A stretch of 64,000 nucleotides of DNA from Selenomonadaceae bacterium (GCA_017484005.1 JAFUTY010000013.1:3454-67453); one strand, 5' to 3'. Counted from the first letter of the stretch, positions 37,241 through 46,647 are shown. Notes: generated by a model from the letters alone, not told the origin. A program made the numbers and translations.

Positions 37241-37735
37241 ATGACTCGAAAAAACAAAACTATTCTTCAAATTTCATTCGTAATTATATTGATGATTTTG
37301 TTGAGCATCGCGGCATATTATCTCGGCTCGCGATTCGCTCGAGGATTTTTGACTGCAGGCATGGGAGTCACACTCGTTCAATGGCAATCGCATTTTGCTA
37401 GACTTGTTGCAGCGATGGGAGGAGTATCGTGTCTCGCGCTGCTCACATGGTATTCCCTCGCGAGATTTTTTCTTCGACTCGATAACGCTCAATCAGTAGA
37501 CAAACGATCGATTTGGCTTGTAATTGGTGCGGCAGAGATCGCTTTCTGTCTATCACTTCCATACATTTTTTCGACTGCCGATAAAAGTTTGAAACTCGGA
37601 ATTTCAATCCCAATTTTATTTCTAGGATTGTTCGCGATTATTGGATTCTGGTTCGGAAGCATTTTAGTAACTCCCTCGCCATATAAATACACGCCAATTG
37701 GCTCATCGATTTTTCGTCGAAGTAGAAAACATTGA
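37241..37735 (+). CDS. Hypothetical membrane protein (about 4 TM helices)
   Basis: 164 aa with four hydrophobic segments. Starts 9 nt after the lipoprotein gene. Confidence 0.6.
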   Translation: MTRKNKTILQISFVIILMILLSIAAYYLGSRFARGFLTAGMGVTLVQWQSHFARLVAAMGGVSCLALLTWYSLARFFLRLDNAQSVDKRSIWLVIGAAEIAFCLSLPYIFSTADKSLKLGISIPILFLGLFAIIGFWFGSILVTPSPYKYTPIGSSIFRRSRKH

Positions 37736-37741
37736 AATTTT

Positions 37742-37778
37742 TCATGGATAGAGTTTAAAATCTATCCATGATTTTTTT
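37742..37778 (+). terminator. Rho-independent terminator
   Basis: TCATGGATAG-agtttaaaat-CTATCCATGA (perfect 10 bp) followed by TTTTTTT. Confidence 0.85.
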
Positions 37779-37799
37779 GTTCGGAATGGAGGTTGAATC

Positions 37800-38552
37800 A
37801 TGTTTCCAGAGGAACGTCAGCAGGCAATACTCGATTTGCTCGAGCGCGATGGAAAAGTTTATGTGAAAACGTTGAGTGAGAAATTCGAGGTAACAGAAGA
37901 TCGAATTCGAAAGGATCTCGGCACGCTCGAAATGGATGGAAAACTCAAGCGAACATATGGAGGAGCTGTCGCACGTCAAGCAGTTCCACAGAAAAAAACT
38001 TCGACTGATGCTGAATCTAAAAAGAAAATCGCGAGCGCAGCAGTCAAATTGATCGGCGAATCAGATTTGATCTTTCTCGATATTTCGACGAGCAACATTC
38101 TAATCGCGGAAAAACTTCTCGAATTGGATCGCGAAGTTAGAGTTGCGACGAACATGATTGAAGTTTTGACTCGGCTTGCACATGCTCCAAAAGTGAAATT
38201 GATTTTTGCGGGCGGAGTGATCAATCGAAATCGCAATGGATTTTTAGGCGGTGCAACTCTCGATTTCATTTCGAAACTCAAACCGGATATTGCATTTCTC
38301 GGCGCTGTTGGAGTCGATGTCAAAGAAAATTCAGTTTCAACTTTCGACGTCGAAGATGGAATCAATAAAGCCAAAATCATTTCGATGAGCAAAAATTCAT
38401 ATGTCGTTGCAGAATCGAGCAAATTGAATTCCGATGGAAATTACAACTATGCATCGCTCGATGAACTCTCGGGATTGATTACTGATGAAAAACCGTCTGA
38501 AGATATTTGTCATGCCGCGGAAGAATTTGGAGTGAAATTGATTCTGCCATGA
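37800..38552 (+). CDS. DeoR-family transcriptional regulator
   Basis: N-terminal HTH ERQQAILDLLERDGKVYVKTLSEKFEVTEDRIRKDL. C-terminal DeoR sugar-phosphate-binding-like domain. Confidence 0.85.
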   Translation: MFPEERQQAILDLLERDGKVYVKTLSEKFEVTEDRIRKDLGTLEMDGKLKRTYGGAVARQAVPQKKTSTDAESKKKIASAAVKLIGESDLIFLDISTSNILIAEKLLELDREVRVATNMIEVLTRLAHAPKVKLIFAGGVINRNRNGFLGGATLDFISKLKPDIAFLGAVGVDVKENSVSTFDVEDGINKAKIISMSKNSYVVAESSKLNSDGNYNYASLDELSGLITDEKPSEDICHAAEEFGVKLILP

Positions 38553-39433
38553 AATGTGAAATCTGTCCTCGACGCTGCGGAGTTGATCGAAAAATCGAAA
38601 GAGGATTTTGCGGCGAGAGTTGGAATCCTCGAATCGCACTCGTTTCACTTCATCGATGGGAAGAGCCATGCTTAATCGGTGAAAATGGAGCAGGCACAAT
38701 TTTTTTCTCGGGATGCTCATTGAGATGTTGCTATTGTCAGAATCGCGAAATCTCTCAGCATTATGGATTTGGAATCGAAGTTTCAATCGATCGGCTTGCA
38801 GAAATTTTTTTGGAACAACAGAATCGAGGCGCGTCGAATCTCGATTTAGTAACGCCAACTCATTTTGTTCCAGCGATAATCGATGCGATTGAAATTGCTC
38901 GACGTCATGGATTAAACTTGCCAATCGTTTATAATTCGCATGGCTATGAAAATCTCGAGACTCTCGAAATGCTGCGAGGATCGATCGATATTTTTCTGCC
39001 GGATTTAAAATCTGGAGCTGAAGAATTTTCCAACGCACCGAATTATTTTGAAGTTGCAACTCAAGCAATTTTGAAAATGTTTGAGATTGTTGGAGATTTG
39101 CAATTTGATTCTCTCGGAAATTTAAAACGCGGCATGATCATTCGACATCTGATCCTTCCGAATCATCGAAAAGAAAGTTTGAAGATCGTTGAATGGATCG
39201 CCGAGAATTTCAAAGATCGAGTGATTTTGAGTTTGATGCGTCAATATACTCCGATGCCTGATGTTCCAAAATCGATCGATCGAAAGCTCACGAGTTTTGA
39301 ATATGATTCAGTCGTCAATCGAGCTCTCGATTTGGGATTAGAAAAAATTTTTGTGCAGGAATTAGAATCTTCGTCGAAAATTTTTATTCCTACATTTAAT
39401 GGAGAGAATGTGATTCGAGATTCCAAATTTTGA
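38549..39433 (+). CDS. PflX-type radical SAM activase-like protein
   Basis: MKCEICPRRCGVDRKIERGFCGE N-terminus and GCSLRCCYCQN (CX3CX2C). About 295 aa. ATGA overlap with the DeoR stop (the ORF-track start at 38507 is rejected). Confidence 0.8.
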   Translation: MKCEICPRRCGVDRKIERGFCGESWNPRIALVSLHRWEEPCLIGENGAGTIFFSGCSLRCCYCQNREISQHYGFGIEVSIDRLAEIFLEQQNRGASNLDLVTPTHFVPAIIDAIEIARRHGLNLPIVYNSHGYENLETLEMLRGSIDIFLPDLKSGAEEFSNAPNYFEVATQAILKMFEIVGDLQFDSLGNLKRGMIIRHLILPNHRKESLKIVEWIAENFKDRVILSLMRQYTPMPDVPKSIDRKLTSFEYDSVVNRALDLGLEKIFVQELESSSKIFIPTFNGENVIRDSKF

Positions 39434-39456
39434 CGAGAATTTCACTTTTAAATAGC

Positions 39457-39485
39457 TTGCTTTGAACTTTGCGAGCGAAAATAAT
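39457..39485 (+). promoter_or_regulatory. Candidate promoter upstream of nrdD
   Basis: TTGCTT (39457-39462), 17 nt spacer, AATAAT (39480-39485). Confidence 0.3.
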
Positions 39486-39528
39486 CTCTGCTAGGATTTC
39501 TTTCACACACAGAGAGGAGATGAACTCG

Positions 39529-41751
39529 ATGAAAACAGTGACAAAACGCTCCGGCAATGAAGTCAATTACGATCGCCGAAAAATTTTCTACGCTATCTCC
39601 GGAGCGAATCGCGAAGCAGCTGAAGCCGGTGAGAATTACATGACAGACGCGCAAATAGATTTGGTTGCCTCTCGTGTTGAAAGCGATATCTCCGCCCGCG
39701 AAAATATTTCCGTCGAAGAGATTCAAGATATCGTCGAAAAGGAAATCATGAATCATAATTTTTTCAACGTCGCGAAAAGATATATCGTTTATCGCCAGCA
39801 GCATGCACAGCGTCGCCAAGCTCTGCAGAATCTGATGGAAACTTACTCTGATATTTTTTTCTCGGATGCAATTCATTCAGATTTGAAGCGCGACAATGCA
39901 AACATCAACACCGATGCATCGATGGGAATCATGTTGAAACTCGGCGCGGAAGGTGCAAAACATTTCGTCGATAATTACATTTTGCCGGAACGATTTGCGA
40001 CAGCGGATCGCGAAAATTGGATTCATATTCACGACAAAGATTTTTCATTGATAACTTTCAACTGTTGCCAGATCGATTTGTTGAAATTATTCCGTGGAGG
40101 ATTTTCAACGGGACATGGATTTCTGCGAGAGCCAAATTCGATTCGAGCATATGCATCGCTAGCCTGTATCGCAATTCAGTCGAATCAAAATGATATGTTC
40201 GGCGGGCAATCGATTAATGCTTTCGATTATGCAATGGCGGAAGGAATCAAAAAATCTTTCCGAAAGGCGATTCAGCTAGAAATTCATCGCGCGGTTGAAT
40301 ATAGTTTAGACGACGAGATCGATTTCAGTTTCATCGATTCGATTGATTTCACTCGTTGCAGATATTCGGAAAACGATCAATCGGAAAATTTTGCTCCAGC
40401 GTTAGAAGAATTAGAAAAGAATCTGCCGTCGGGATTGAATTTTAGAAAGATATACAAATTAGCATGCCGCGACGTCGAAGAGGAAACTCATCAAGCGATG
40501 GAGGCGTTGATTCATAATTTCAACACACTTCATTCGAGAGCTGGTGCGCAAGTTCCATTTTCATCGATAAATTATGGAATGGATACATCGGACGAGGGAC
40601 GGCTTGCAACTCGCGAAGTGTTGAATGCAATCGAGGCGGGATTGGGAAATGGCGAGACACCGATTTTTCCAATCAGCGTTTTTCAATTGAAAGCCGGCGT
40701 GAATTACAATCGCGACGATCGAAATTACGATTTGTTCAAGCGGGCCTGCGAAGTGAGTGCTAAACGATTATTTCCGAATTTCGTGAATCTCGACGCGCCG
40801 TACAATCTGAAATTTTACAAGCCTGGCGATTACAATTCCTACGTCGCGACGATGGGCTGTCGAACTCGAGTGATGTCAAACGTCAATGGTCCTGAAGAAT
40901 CTGGATCGCGTGGAAATTTTTCATTCGTTACGATAAATCTTCCAAAACTCGCGCTGGAATCTGACGGCGATATCGATGAATTTTTCAAGCTTTTTGATCA
41001 CTACATCGATATTTCGCATGATTATTTGCTTTTTAGATCGAAAACGATTGAATCGAAACATCTCTACAATTATCCATTTTTGATGGGGCAGGGCGTCTGG
41101 ATGGATTCAGACAAACATCATCAAACCGATTCGATTCGCGATTTATTGAAACATGCGAGCTATTCGATTGGATTTTGCGGATTGGCTGAATGTCTCGTCG
41201 CACTGATTGGCAAACATCATGGCGAGTCTGAAGAAGCTCAAGAGCTCGGTTTGAAAATCGTGGGACATCTTCGTCATAGAACTGATGAATTCACTGCGGA
41301 AGAAAAATTGAATTGGACGACTTTTGCATCGCCAGCTGAATCAACTGCGGGACAATTTCAGCGTGCGAATCAGAAGAAATATGGAAAAATTCGCGGCGTC
41401 ACTGATAAATTTTTCATGACGAATTCGAGTCATGTGCCGGTGTATTACAAAATTCGCGCGATCGATAAAATCAGAATCGAAGCACCATATCACGAACTTT
41501 GCAACGCGGGACACATCGCTTACGTCGAAATGGATGGAGATCCGACGAAGAATTTGAAGGCGTTTGAAAAGATTGTTCGCGCGATGCATGATGCAAACAT
41601 GGGCTATTTTTCAATCAATCATCCAGTCGATCGCGATCCAATTTGCGGCTACACTGGAATCATTGCGGAAGAATGTCCTCACTGTCATCGCGACGAAAGC
41701 AATTTGCATCGACATACAATATTGAAACCTCCGAGCCATTTATCCGAATGA
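39529..41751 (+). CDS. nrdD: Anaerobic ribonucleoside-triphosphate reductase NrdD (class III), atypical C-terminus
   Basis: ATP-cone VTKRSGNEVNYDRRKIFYAI. Also IHIHDKDF, MGCRTRV, GNFSFVTINLPKLA, TNSSHVPV, GHIAYVEMD, and C-terminal CGYTG...CPHC. The ATG at 39529 has better RBS spacing than 39520 or 39469. Confidence 0.88.
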   Translation: MKTVTKRSGNEVNYDRRKIFYAISGANREAAEAGENYMTDAQIDLVASRVESDISARENISVEEIQDIVEKEIMNHNFFNVAKRYIVYRQQHAQRRQALQNLMETYSDIFFSDAIHSDLKRDNANINTDASMGIMLKLGAEGAKHFVDNYILPERFATADRENWIHIHDKDFSLITFNCCQIDLLKLFRGGFSTGHGFLREPNSIRAYASLACIAIQSNQNDMFGGQSINAFDYAMAEGIKKSFRKAIQLEIHRAVEYSLDDEIDFSFIDSIDFTRCRYSENDQSENFAPALEELEKNLPSGLNFRKIYKLACRDVEEETHQAMEALIHNFNTLHSRAGAQVPFSSINYGMDTSDEGRLATREVLNAIEAGLGNGETPIFPISVFQLKAGVNYNRDDRNYDLFKRACEVSAKRLFPNFVNLDAPYNLKFYKPGDYNSYVATMGCRTRVMSNVNGPEESGSRGNFSFVTINLPKLALESDGDIDEFFKLFDHYIDISHDYLLFRSKTIESKHLYNYPFLMGQGVWMDSDKHHQTDSIRDLLKHASYSIGFCGLAECLVALIGKHHGESEEAQELGLKIVGHLRHRTDEFTAEEKLNWTTFASPAESTAGQFQRANQKKYGKIRGVTDKFFMTNSSHVPVYYKIRAIDKIRIEAPYHELCNAGHIAYVEMDGDPTKNLKAFEKIVRAMHDANMGYFSINHPVDRDPICGYTGIIAEECPHCHRDESNLHRHTILKPPSHLSE

Positions 41752-41756
41752 AAAAA

Positions 41757-41790
41757 GATCCGGGAGCGAAAAACTCTCGGATCTTTTTTT
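41757..41790. terminator. Bidirectional rho-independent terminator between convergent nrdD and the RumA-like gene
   Basis: AAAAAA-GATCCGGGAG-cgaaaaa-CTCTCGGATC-TTTTTTT (10 bp including one G.U). Confidence 0.85.
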
Positions 41791-43192
41791 ATTTCCGGAG
41801 GATTAATGAAACGCTTTCGACATGCGAAGTCATTGGGAACATATCGACCGGCTGAATTTTCTTCGTGATGAATCCCAACTCTTTCAAAATTTCCAAATCT
41901 CGAGCGAGAGTTGCAGGATTGCATGAGACGTAGATGATTTTTCGAGGATTCATTTTTGCGAGCGTCTCGAGAACTTTCGATTCACATCCAGCGCGCGGAG
42001 GATCAACAATTATCACGTCGGGATAAATTTCATCATGCAAAAGTTTCGGGACGAGAAAATTTGCATCGCCAATCAAAAATTCCACATTTCGAATTCGATT
42101 TGATCGAGCATTCTTCCAAGCATCTTGAATCGCTGACGAAACTATCTCGATTCCAAAAACTTTTCTAGCATGCTTCGCCAAAAATATTGATATCGTTCCA
42201 GTTCCGCAATAGCTATCTAGCACAATTTCAGATCCATTTAACTCTGCGAATTCCAAAACTTTTCGATACAAAACTTCAGCTTGAGTCGTGTTGACTTGGA
42301 AAAATGATCGCGCTGAAATTTGAAATTCAAACTCACCGATTCGATCAGTTATCGATTCACTGCCCCATAAGATTTTAGTTTGACGCCCGAGAATCACATT
42401 GTTTCGCTGCGGCTGAATATTCTGCTGAATCGATTTCAGATTTGGAACTCGATCGCGCAAAAATTTACAAATCTCTTTCGAATGCGGCAGAGAATCTTTC
42501 GACGTGACAAAAACTGCCATCAATGCTCCATCGAATCCAACTCGCCCCATCAGATGTCTCAAAATTCCGGTGTGTCGATCTTCGTTGTAAATTGGAATTT
42601 GGAATTTTTCAACTGCATCCCGCATCGCTTGAAGAAGTTGATCATTTTCTGAACGTTGAATCAAGCAACGCTCGATGTTCACGATATCGTGAGTTCCTCG
42701 AGCAAAACATCCCGCCAAAATTTTCTTTCCATGAATCCCAACTGGAAATTGAAATTTGTTTCGATAAAAGAGTGATGTGTGCATTTTCAAATCTGGATTC
42801 ATCATTTCAAGCGTTGGGAGAATTTTTACATCAGTAATTTTTCCGATTCTCTCAACTGCGTCAACAATTTGATCGCGTTTGAATTTCATCTGCGCTGAAT
42901 GTTTCATGTGCCAGAGATTACATCCTCCGCACGCTGGATAATATGGACAAATTGGCGTTTCTCGAGTTGAACCAGCATGAATTAATTTTTTGAGCTCGGC
43001 GATTGCATAATTTTTTTTGACTTCGACGATCTTCGCTAAAACGATTTCGTCTGGAAGTGCTAGAGGAATAAAAATCGTGAAATTCTCGATTCGCGCAATT
43101 CCCTCGCCATTTGTTCCAAGTCGATCGATTTTGATTTTGATTTCGTCTCCAATTTTCACTGGAGATTTTTGCGATTCAGTTTTCATATTCAA
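41789..43192 (-). CDS. 23S rRNA (uracil-5-)-methyltransferase, RumA/RlmD family (TRAM plus Fe-S plus SAM MTase)
   Basis: TRAM-like N-terminus (IKIKIDRLGTNGEGIARI), Cys cluster CPYYPACGGC, SAM motif LDSYCGTGTI, catalytic VSCNPATL. Confidence 0.85.
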   Translation of the reverse strand: MNMKTESQKSPVKIGDEIKIKIDRLGTNGEGIARIENFTIFIPLALPDEIVLAKIVEVKKNYAIAELKKLIHAGSTRETPICPYYPACGGCNLWHMKHSAQMKFKRDQIVDAVERIGKITDVKILPTLEMMNPDLKMHTSLFYRNKFQFPVGIHGKKILAGCFARGTHDIVNIERCLIQRSENDQLLQAMRDAVEKFQIPIYNEDRHTGILRHLMGRVGFDGALMAVFVTSKDSLPHSKEICKFLRDRVPNLKSIQQNIQPQRNNVILGRQTKILWGSESITDRIGEFEFQISARSFFQVNTTQAEVLYRKVLEFAELNGSEIVLDSYCGTGTISIFLAKHARKVFGIEIVSSAIQDAWKNARSNRIRNVEFLIGDANFLVPKLLHDEIYPDVIIVDPPRAGCESKVLETLAKMNPRKIIYVSCNPATLARDLEILKELGFITKKIQPVDMFPMTSHVESVSLILRK

Positions 43193-43225
43193 AATGCAAG
43201 CTCCATTATAAATTTGAATTCATCA

Positions 43226-43429
43226 TTATGAGACTGTCGAATATTTTGAGGGATTTAGATCTTTCCACATTTCATCGAGATTTGTATAAACCTTGCTCAG
43301 ATTTCGACCAGCATCGATGTCGTCAAAAATTTGTTGAAGATCTTCAGGCGAATCTTCCGATTCATCTTTGTTGATTAATTTGAGTTCATATTTAGTTTCG
43401 TCAGATTCGATTTTTTGTTGAGCTTGCAT
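43226..43429 (-). CDS. Small acidic hypothetical protein
   Basis: 67 aa, rich in D and E. Sits between the aminotransferase and the RumA-like gene on the same strand. No recognisable motif. Confidence 0.4.
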   Translation of the reverse strand: MQAQQKIESDETKYELKLINKDESEDSPEDLQQIFDDIDAGRNLSKVYTNLDEMWKDLNPSKYSTVS

Positions 43430-43441
43430 CGAAATCCCTCC

Positions 43442-44617
43442 TCACAAATTCTTTTTGAAATGCTCGATTCGATTCAATGCCTCGGAAATTTTATCGATGC
43501 TCGTTGCATATGAACATCGAATATGTCCCTCGCCGCAATTTCCAAATGCTGATCCTGGAACAACTGCAACATGCTCGCGTTCGAGAAGTTTTTCTGCGAA
43601 TTCATCGCTTGACAATCCTGACGAAGTTATATCTGGAAAGATGTAAAATGCTCCCTTTGGTTCGAATGCGGGAAATCCAATTTTTGAGAATCCTTCGTGG
43701 ATCAATTTTCGACGTCGATCATATTCCGCGACCATTTTCTTCATGTATTTTTCGCCATGTCGCAACGCTTCGACTGCTGCCATCTGTGCAGTGATTGGTG
43801 CGCAGAGCATCGTGTACTGATGAATTTTTGTCATTGCCGCGATAATCTCTGGAACTCCCAATGCATAACCGATTCGCCAGCCAGTCATTGCGTACGCTTT
43901 CGAGAATCCATTCAAGACAATTGTTCGATCTCTCATTCCTTCAATCGATGAAAAACAAATTGGATCTCTACCGCCATAAGTCAACTCGCCATAAATTTCA
44001 TCGGATATCACGACCAAATCATGATCTTCCGCGAATTTTGCGATCGCCTCGAGATCCTCGCGCTCCATAATCGCTCCAGTTGGATTATTTGGATAGCCAA
44101 TGATTATTGATCGAGTTTTAGGCGTCAGATATTTTTCCAAATCCTCGGGACGAATTCTGAATTCATTTTCGAGTTTCGTTGGAACTGCTATTGGAATTCC
44201 GCCCGCGAGAGTTGTGCATGCTTTATATGAAACATAGCACGGCTCGGGAATCAGAACTTCATCGCCCGGGGATGTTATTGCTCGCATCGCTAAATCCATC
44301 GCTTCGGAAACTCCAACTGTCACTAGAATTTCCGTCTCGGGATTATATTCAACTCCATGACGCCGCGAGAAAAAATTCGAGATTTCTTGACGCAATTCCA
44401 GAGTTCCTCGATTTGCTGTGTATGATGTATAGCCTCGCTCCAATCCATAAACACAGCTCTCGCGAATTGACCATGGAGTGACAAAATCTGGCTCGCCAAC
44501 TCCCAATGAAATTACATCTTGCATTTTCGCGGCGATATCAAAAAATTTTCGAATTCCAGACGGCGCAATCGATTGAACTGCAGGAGACAATCTTTCTTGA
44601 GCGTTGAATTTTGTCAT
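43442..44617 (-). CDS. Class I/II PLP-dependent aminotransferase (aspartate/aromatic type)
   Basis: 391 aa. GYPNNPTG and the PLP-lysine block FSKAYAMTGWRIGY. Confidence 0.9.
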   Translation of the reverse strand: MTKFNAQERLSPAVQSIAPSGIRKFFDIAAKMQDVISLGVGEPDFVTPWSIRESCVYGLERGYTSYTANRGTLELRQEISNFFSRRHGVEYNPETEILVTVGVSEAMDLAMRAITSPGDEVLIPEPCYVSYKACTTLAGGIPIAVPTKLENEFRIRPEDLEKYLTPKTRSIIIGYPNNPTGAIMEREDLEAIAKFAEDHDLVVISDEIYGELTYGGRDPICFSSIEGMRDRTIVLNGFSKAYAMTGWRIGYALGVPEIIAAMTKIHQYTMLCAPITAQMAAVEALRHGEKYMKKMVAEYDRRRKLIHEGFSKIGFPAFEPKGAFYIFPDITSSGLSSDEFAEKLLEREHVAVVPGSAFGNCGEGHIRCSYATSIDKISEALNRIEHFKKNL

Positions 44618-45096
44618 GGGCTCACCACCAATCTACGATCTTGCTCCTCATTTTTGAGAATGACTCCATCTTTTTTATACGGCTTGAGCAGAAAATGCGA
44701 TCGAGTTTGAGTCACTCCATCGATTGTTGAAAGTCTCGTCGCGACAAAATTTGCAACTTCCTTCAGCGATTTTCCTTCGATTATCACTAAAAGATCGAAA
44801 TCTCCACTCATCAAATACACCGTGCGAACTTCATCGAATCGATAAATTCTCTCGGCGATTGCATCGAATCCAACTTCGCGCTGCGGAGTCAAACTGATTT
44901 CGATTATCGCTGTGACAGATTCATCGCCAAATTTTTCCCAATCGATCAGCGCGTTATACGCCAGAATGATTTTGTCATCTTCGAGACGCTTGATATTGCG
45001 CTCGACTTCATATTCAGACTGCCCGAGCATTTTGGCGATTTCACTTACATCGCGACGCGCATCATGCTCGAGAATTTCGAGTAATTCTCTAGACAT
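44614..45096 (-). CDS. Lrp/AsnC-family transcriptional regulator
   Basis: MSRELLEILEHDARRDVSEIAKMLGQSEYEVERNIKRLE HTH plus a C-terminal RAM/AsnC_trans_reg domain. Start moved to the internal Met (ORF-track 45147). 4 nt overlap with the aminotransferase gene. Confidence 0.85.
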   Translation of the reverse strand: MSRELLEILEHDARRDVSEIAKMLGQSEYEVERNIKRLEDDKIILAYNALIDWEKFGDESVTAIIEISLTPQREVGFDAIAERIYRFDEVRTVYLMSGDFDLLVIIEGKSLKEVANFVATRLSTIDGVTQTRSHFLLKPYKKDGVILKNEEQDRRLVVSP

Positions 45097-45215
45097 TAAT
45101 CTCACTCCCAGAAAAAATTTTGGAAAAAACTTTTCGCAATATAGCATGAATATGGTAGGATTCGAGCGAAAAATTTTTTGAATTTGAAACTCTCGATAAA
45201 AATTTTTGGAGGCTG

Positions 45216-45416
45216 ATGAAAATGTTCGGATTAGGCGTTCCAGAATTGGTTTTGATTTTGGTTATCGGATTGGTTGTCTTTGGACCTGGAAAACTTCCTG
45301 GAGTTGGCAAGGCTCTCGGACAGAGTATCAAGGAATTCAAAGCGGCAAACAAAGATGACGATGAACCTGCTAAAATCGAAGCGGCGAAAGTTGATGTGGA
45401 AAAATCTAAAGCATGA
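45216..45416 (+). CDS. tatA: Twin-arginine translocase subunit TatA
   Basis: MFGLGVPELVLILVIGLVVFGPGKLPGVGKALGQSIKEFK. The start could be the ATG at 45222 (better GGAGG spacing). Confidence 0.9.
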   Translation: MKMFGLGVPELVLILVIGLVVFGPGKLPGVGKALGQSIKEFKAANKDDDEPAKIEAAKVDVEKSKA

Positions 45417-46204
45417 GTGAAGAACATCTCAAACAACTCGAAAAAATTTCTGAAGAGGATGCTGATGATTCTCAAATCAATCCGGATGAAAATGTTGATG
45501 AAGATTCTGATGATGGCTCGATGTCACTCACGAATCATTTGGAAGAATTGCGTTCGAGGATTATCAAATGTTTGATTTCTGTTGGAATTTGTTCATGTTT
45601 CACATTTTCCTTCGTTGAAGAGATCATGCATTACATCTCAAAACCTGCCGGCAAATTATATTTCATGCAGCCGTCTGAAGCATTTTTTACTTATTTGAAA
45701 GTTGCGGTTGTCGCAGGATTTTTGATTTCGTTGCCAGTGATTTTTTATCACATTTGGAGATTTTTTCTTCCTGCGTTGACAAAATCTGAACGTGGAATTT
45801 TAGGATTGATCGTCCCGATTTCAGTTCTATTATTCTTCGGCGGATTAGCATTTTCATTTTTCTTAGTTCTACCCGCAGGAATTCGATTTTTCATGGGATT
45901 CGGCGGTGAGGATCTCGAGGCACTATTTTCAGTCAACAAATATTTCGATTTCGTGATCGCGTTTGTACTTCCATTTGGATTTGTGTTTGAACTGCCGTTG
46001 ATTATAACGATTCTCGGCAAATTAGGAATTCTCACATCGCAATTTCTCCAGAGATATCGAAAGATCGTTTTCTTTCTATCATTTGTTATCGGCGCGATTA
46101 TCACTCCAACTCCAGACGTCTTTACTCAATCGATGATCGCAATTCCCATGATTCTCTTGTATGAAATTGGATATCTGATTGTGAAATATATTCTCCGGAA
46201 TTAA
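45413..46204 (+). CDS. tatC: Twin-arginine translocase subunit TatC
   Basis: 263 aa. HLEELRSRIIK motif, six TM helices, ATGA overlap with tatA. Confidence 0.9.
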   Translation: MSEEHLKQLEKISEEDADDSQINPDENVDEDSDDGSMSLTNHLEELRSRIIKCLISVGICSCFTFSFVEEIMHYISKPAGKLYFMQPSEAFFTYLKVAVVAGFLISLPVIFYHIWRFFLPALTKSERGILGLIVPISVLLFFGGLAFSFFLVLPAGIRFFMGFGGEDLEALFSVNKYFDFVIAFVLPFGFVFELPLIITILGKLGILTSQFLQRYRKIVFFLSFVIGAIITPTPDVFTQSMIAIPMILLYEIGYLIVKYILRN

Positions 46205-46208
46205 AAAA

Positions 46209-46250
46209 GATCCATCGATCGAAAAATGATCGGTGGATCTCTTTTTTTTT
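46209..46250. terminator. Bidirectional rho-independent terminator between tatC and sbp
   Basis: AAAAAA-GATCCATCGATC-gaaaaat-GATCGGTGGATC-TC-TTTTTTTTT (12 bp including one G.U). Confidence 0.85.
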
Positions 46251-46259
46251 CCGAGAAAT

Positions 46260-46589
46260 TCATCGACGTAAAATTTCTCGACGTAACAGCGATAGATTTT
46301 GAAACATTCGAATTCCAAATGCTAAAAGTGCAACATAATACAAATCGATTCCGAGATGATCTCCGATGTAAACTAAAAATGCAGCGAGCAATCCATTCGT
46401 GAAAAATCCAGATATGAAAACCATGTCGTCAAATTCGTGAGACATCGTTGCTCGAAGTCCTCCAAAAACTGAATCGAGCATCGCCAGCAATATCACTGAA
46501 AAAAGTTTCGAATAAGCCATTGGAATAGTCACCGGCGCAAAATATCCAAGCACCAATCCAAGAATTAAACCGATTCCAGACTTGATCAT
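46260..46589 (-). CDS. sbp: Small basic protein Sbp (DUF1290)
   Basis: MIKSGIGLILGLVLGYF...LLAMLDSVFGGLRA...DDMVFISGFFTN...GIDLYYVALLAFGIRMFQNLSLLRR closely matches the B. subtilis Sbp pattern as I recall it. The ORF-track N-terminal extension to 46895 is rejected. Confidence 0.8.
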   Translation of the reverse strand: MIKSGIGLILGLVLGYFAPVTIPMAYSKLFSVILLAMLDSVFGGLRATMSHEFDDMVFISGFFTNGLLAAFLVYIGDHLGIDLYYVALLAFGIRMFQNLSLLRREILRR

Positions 46590-46647
46590 TTCGCACCTCG
46601 CAAAAATTTTCTGTCGGGAATATATCACGCGCGATTGATCTTGCAAC

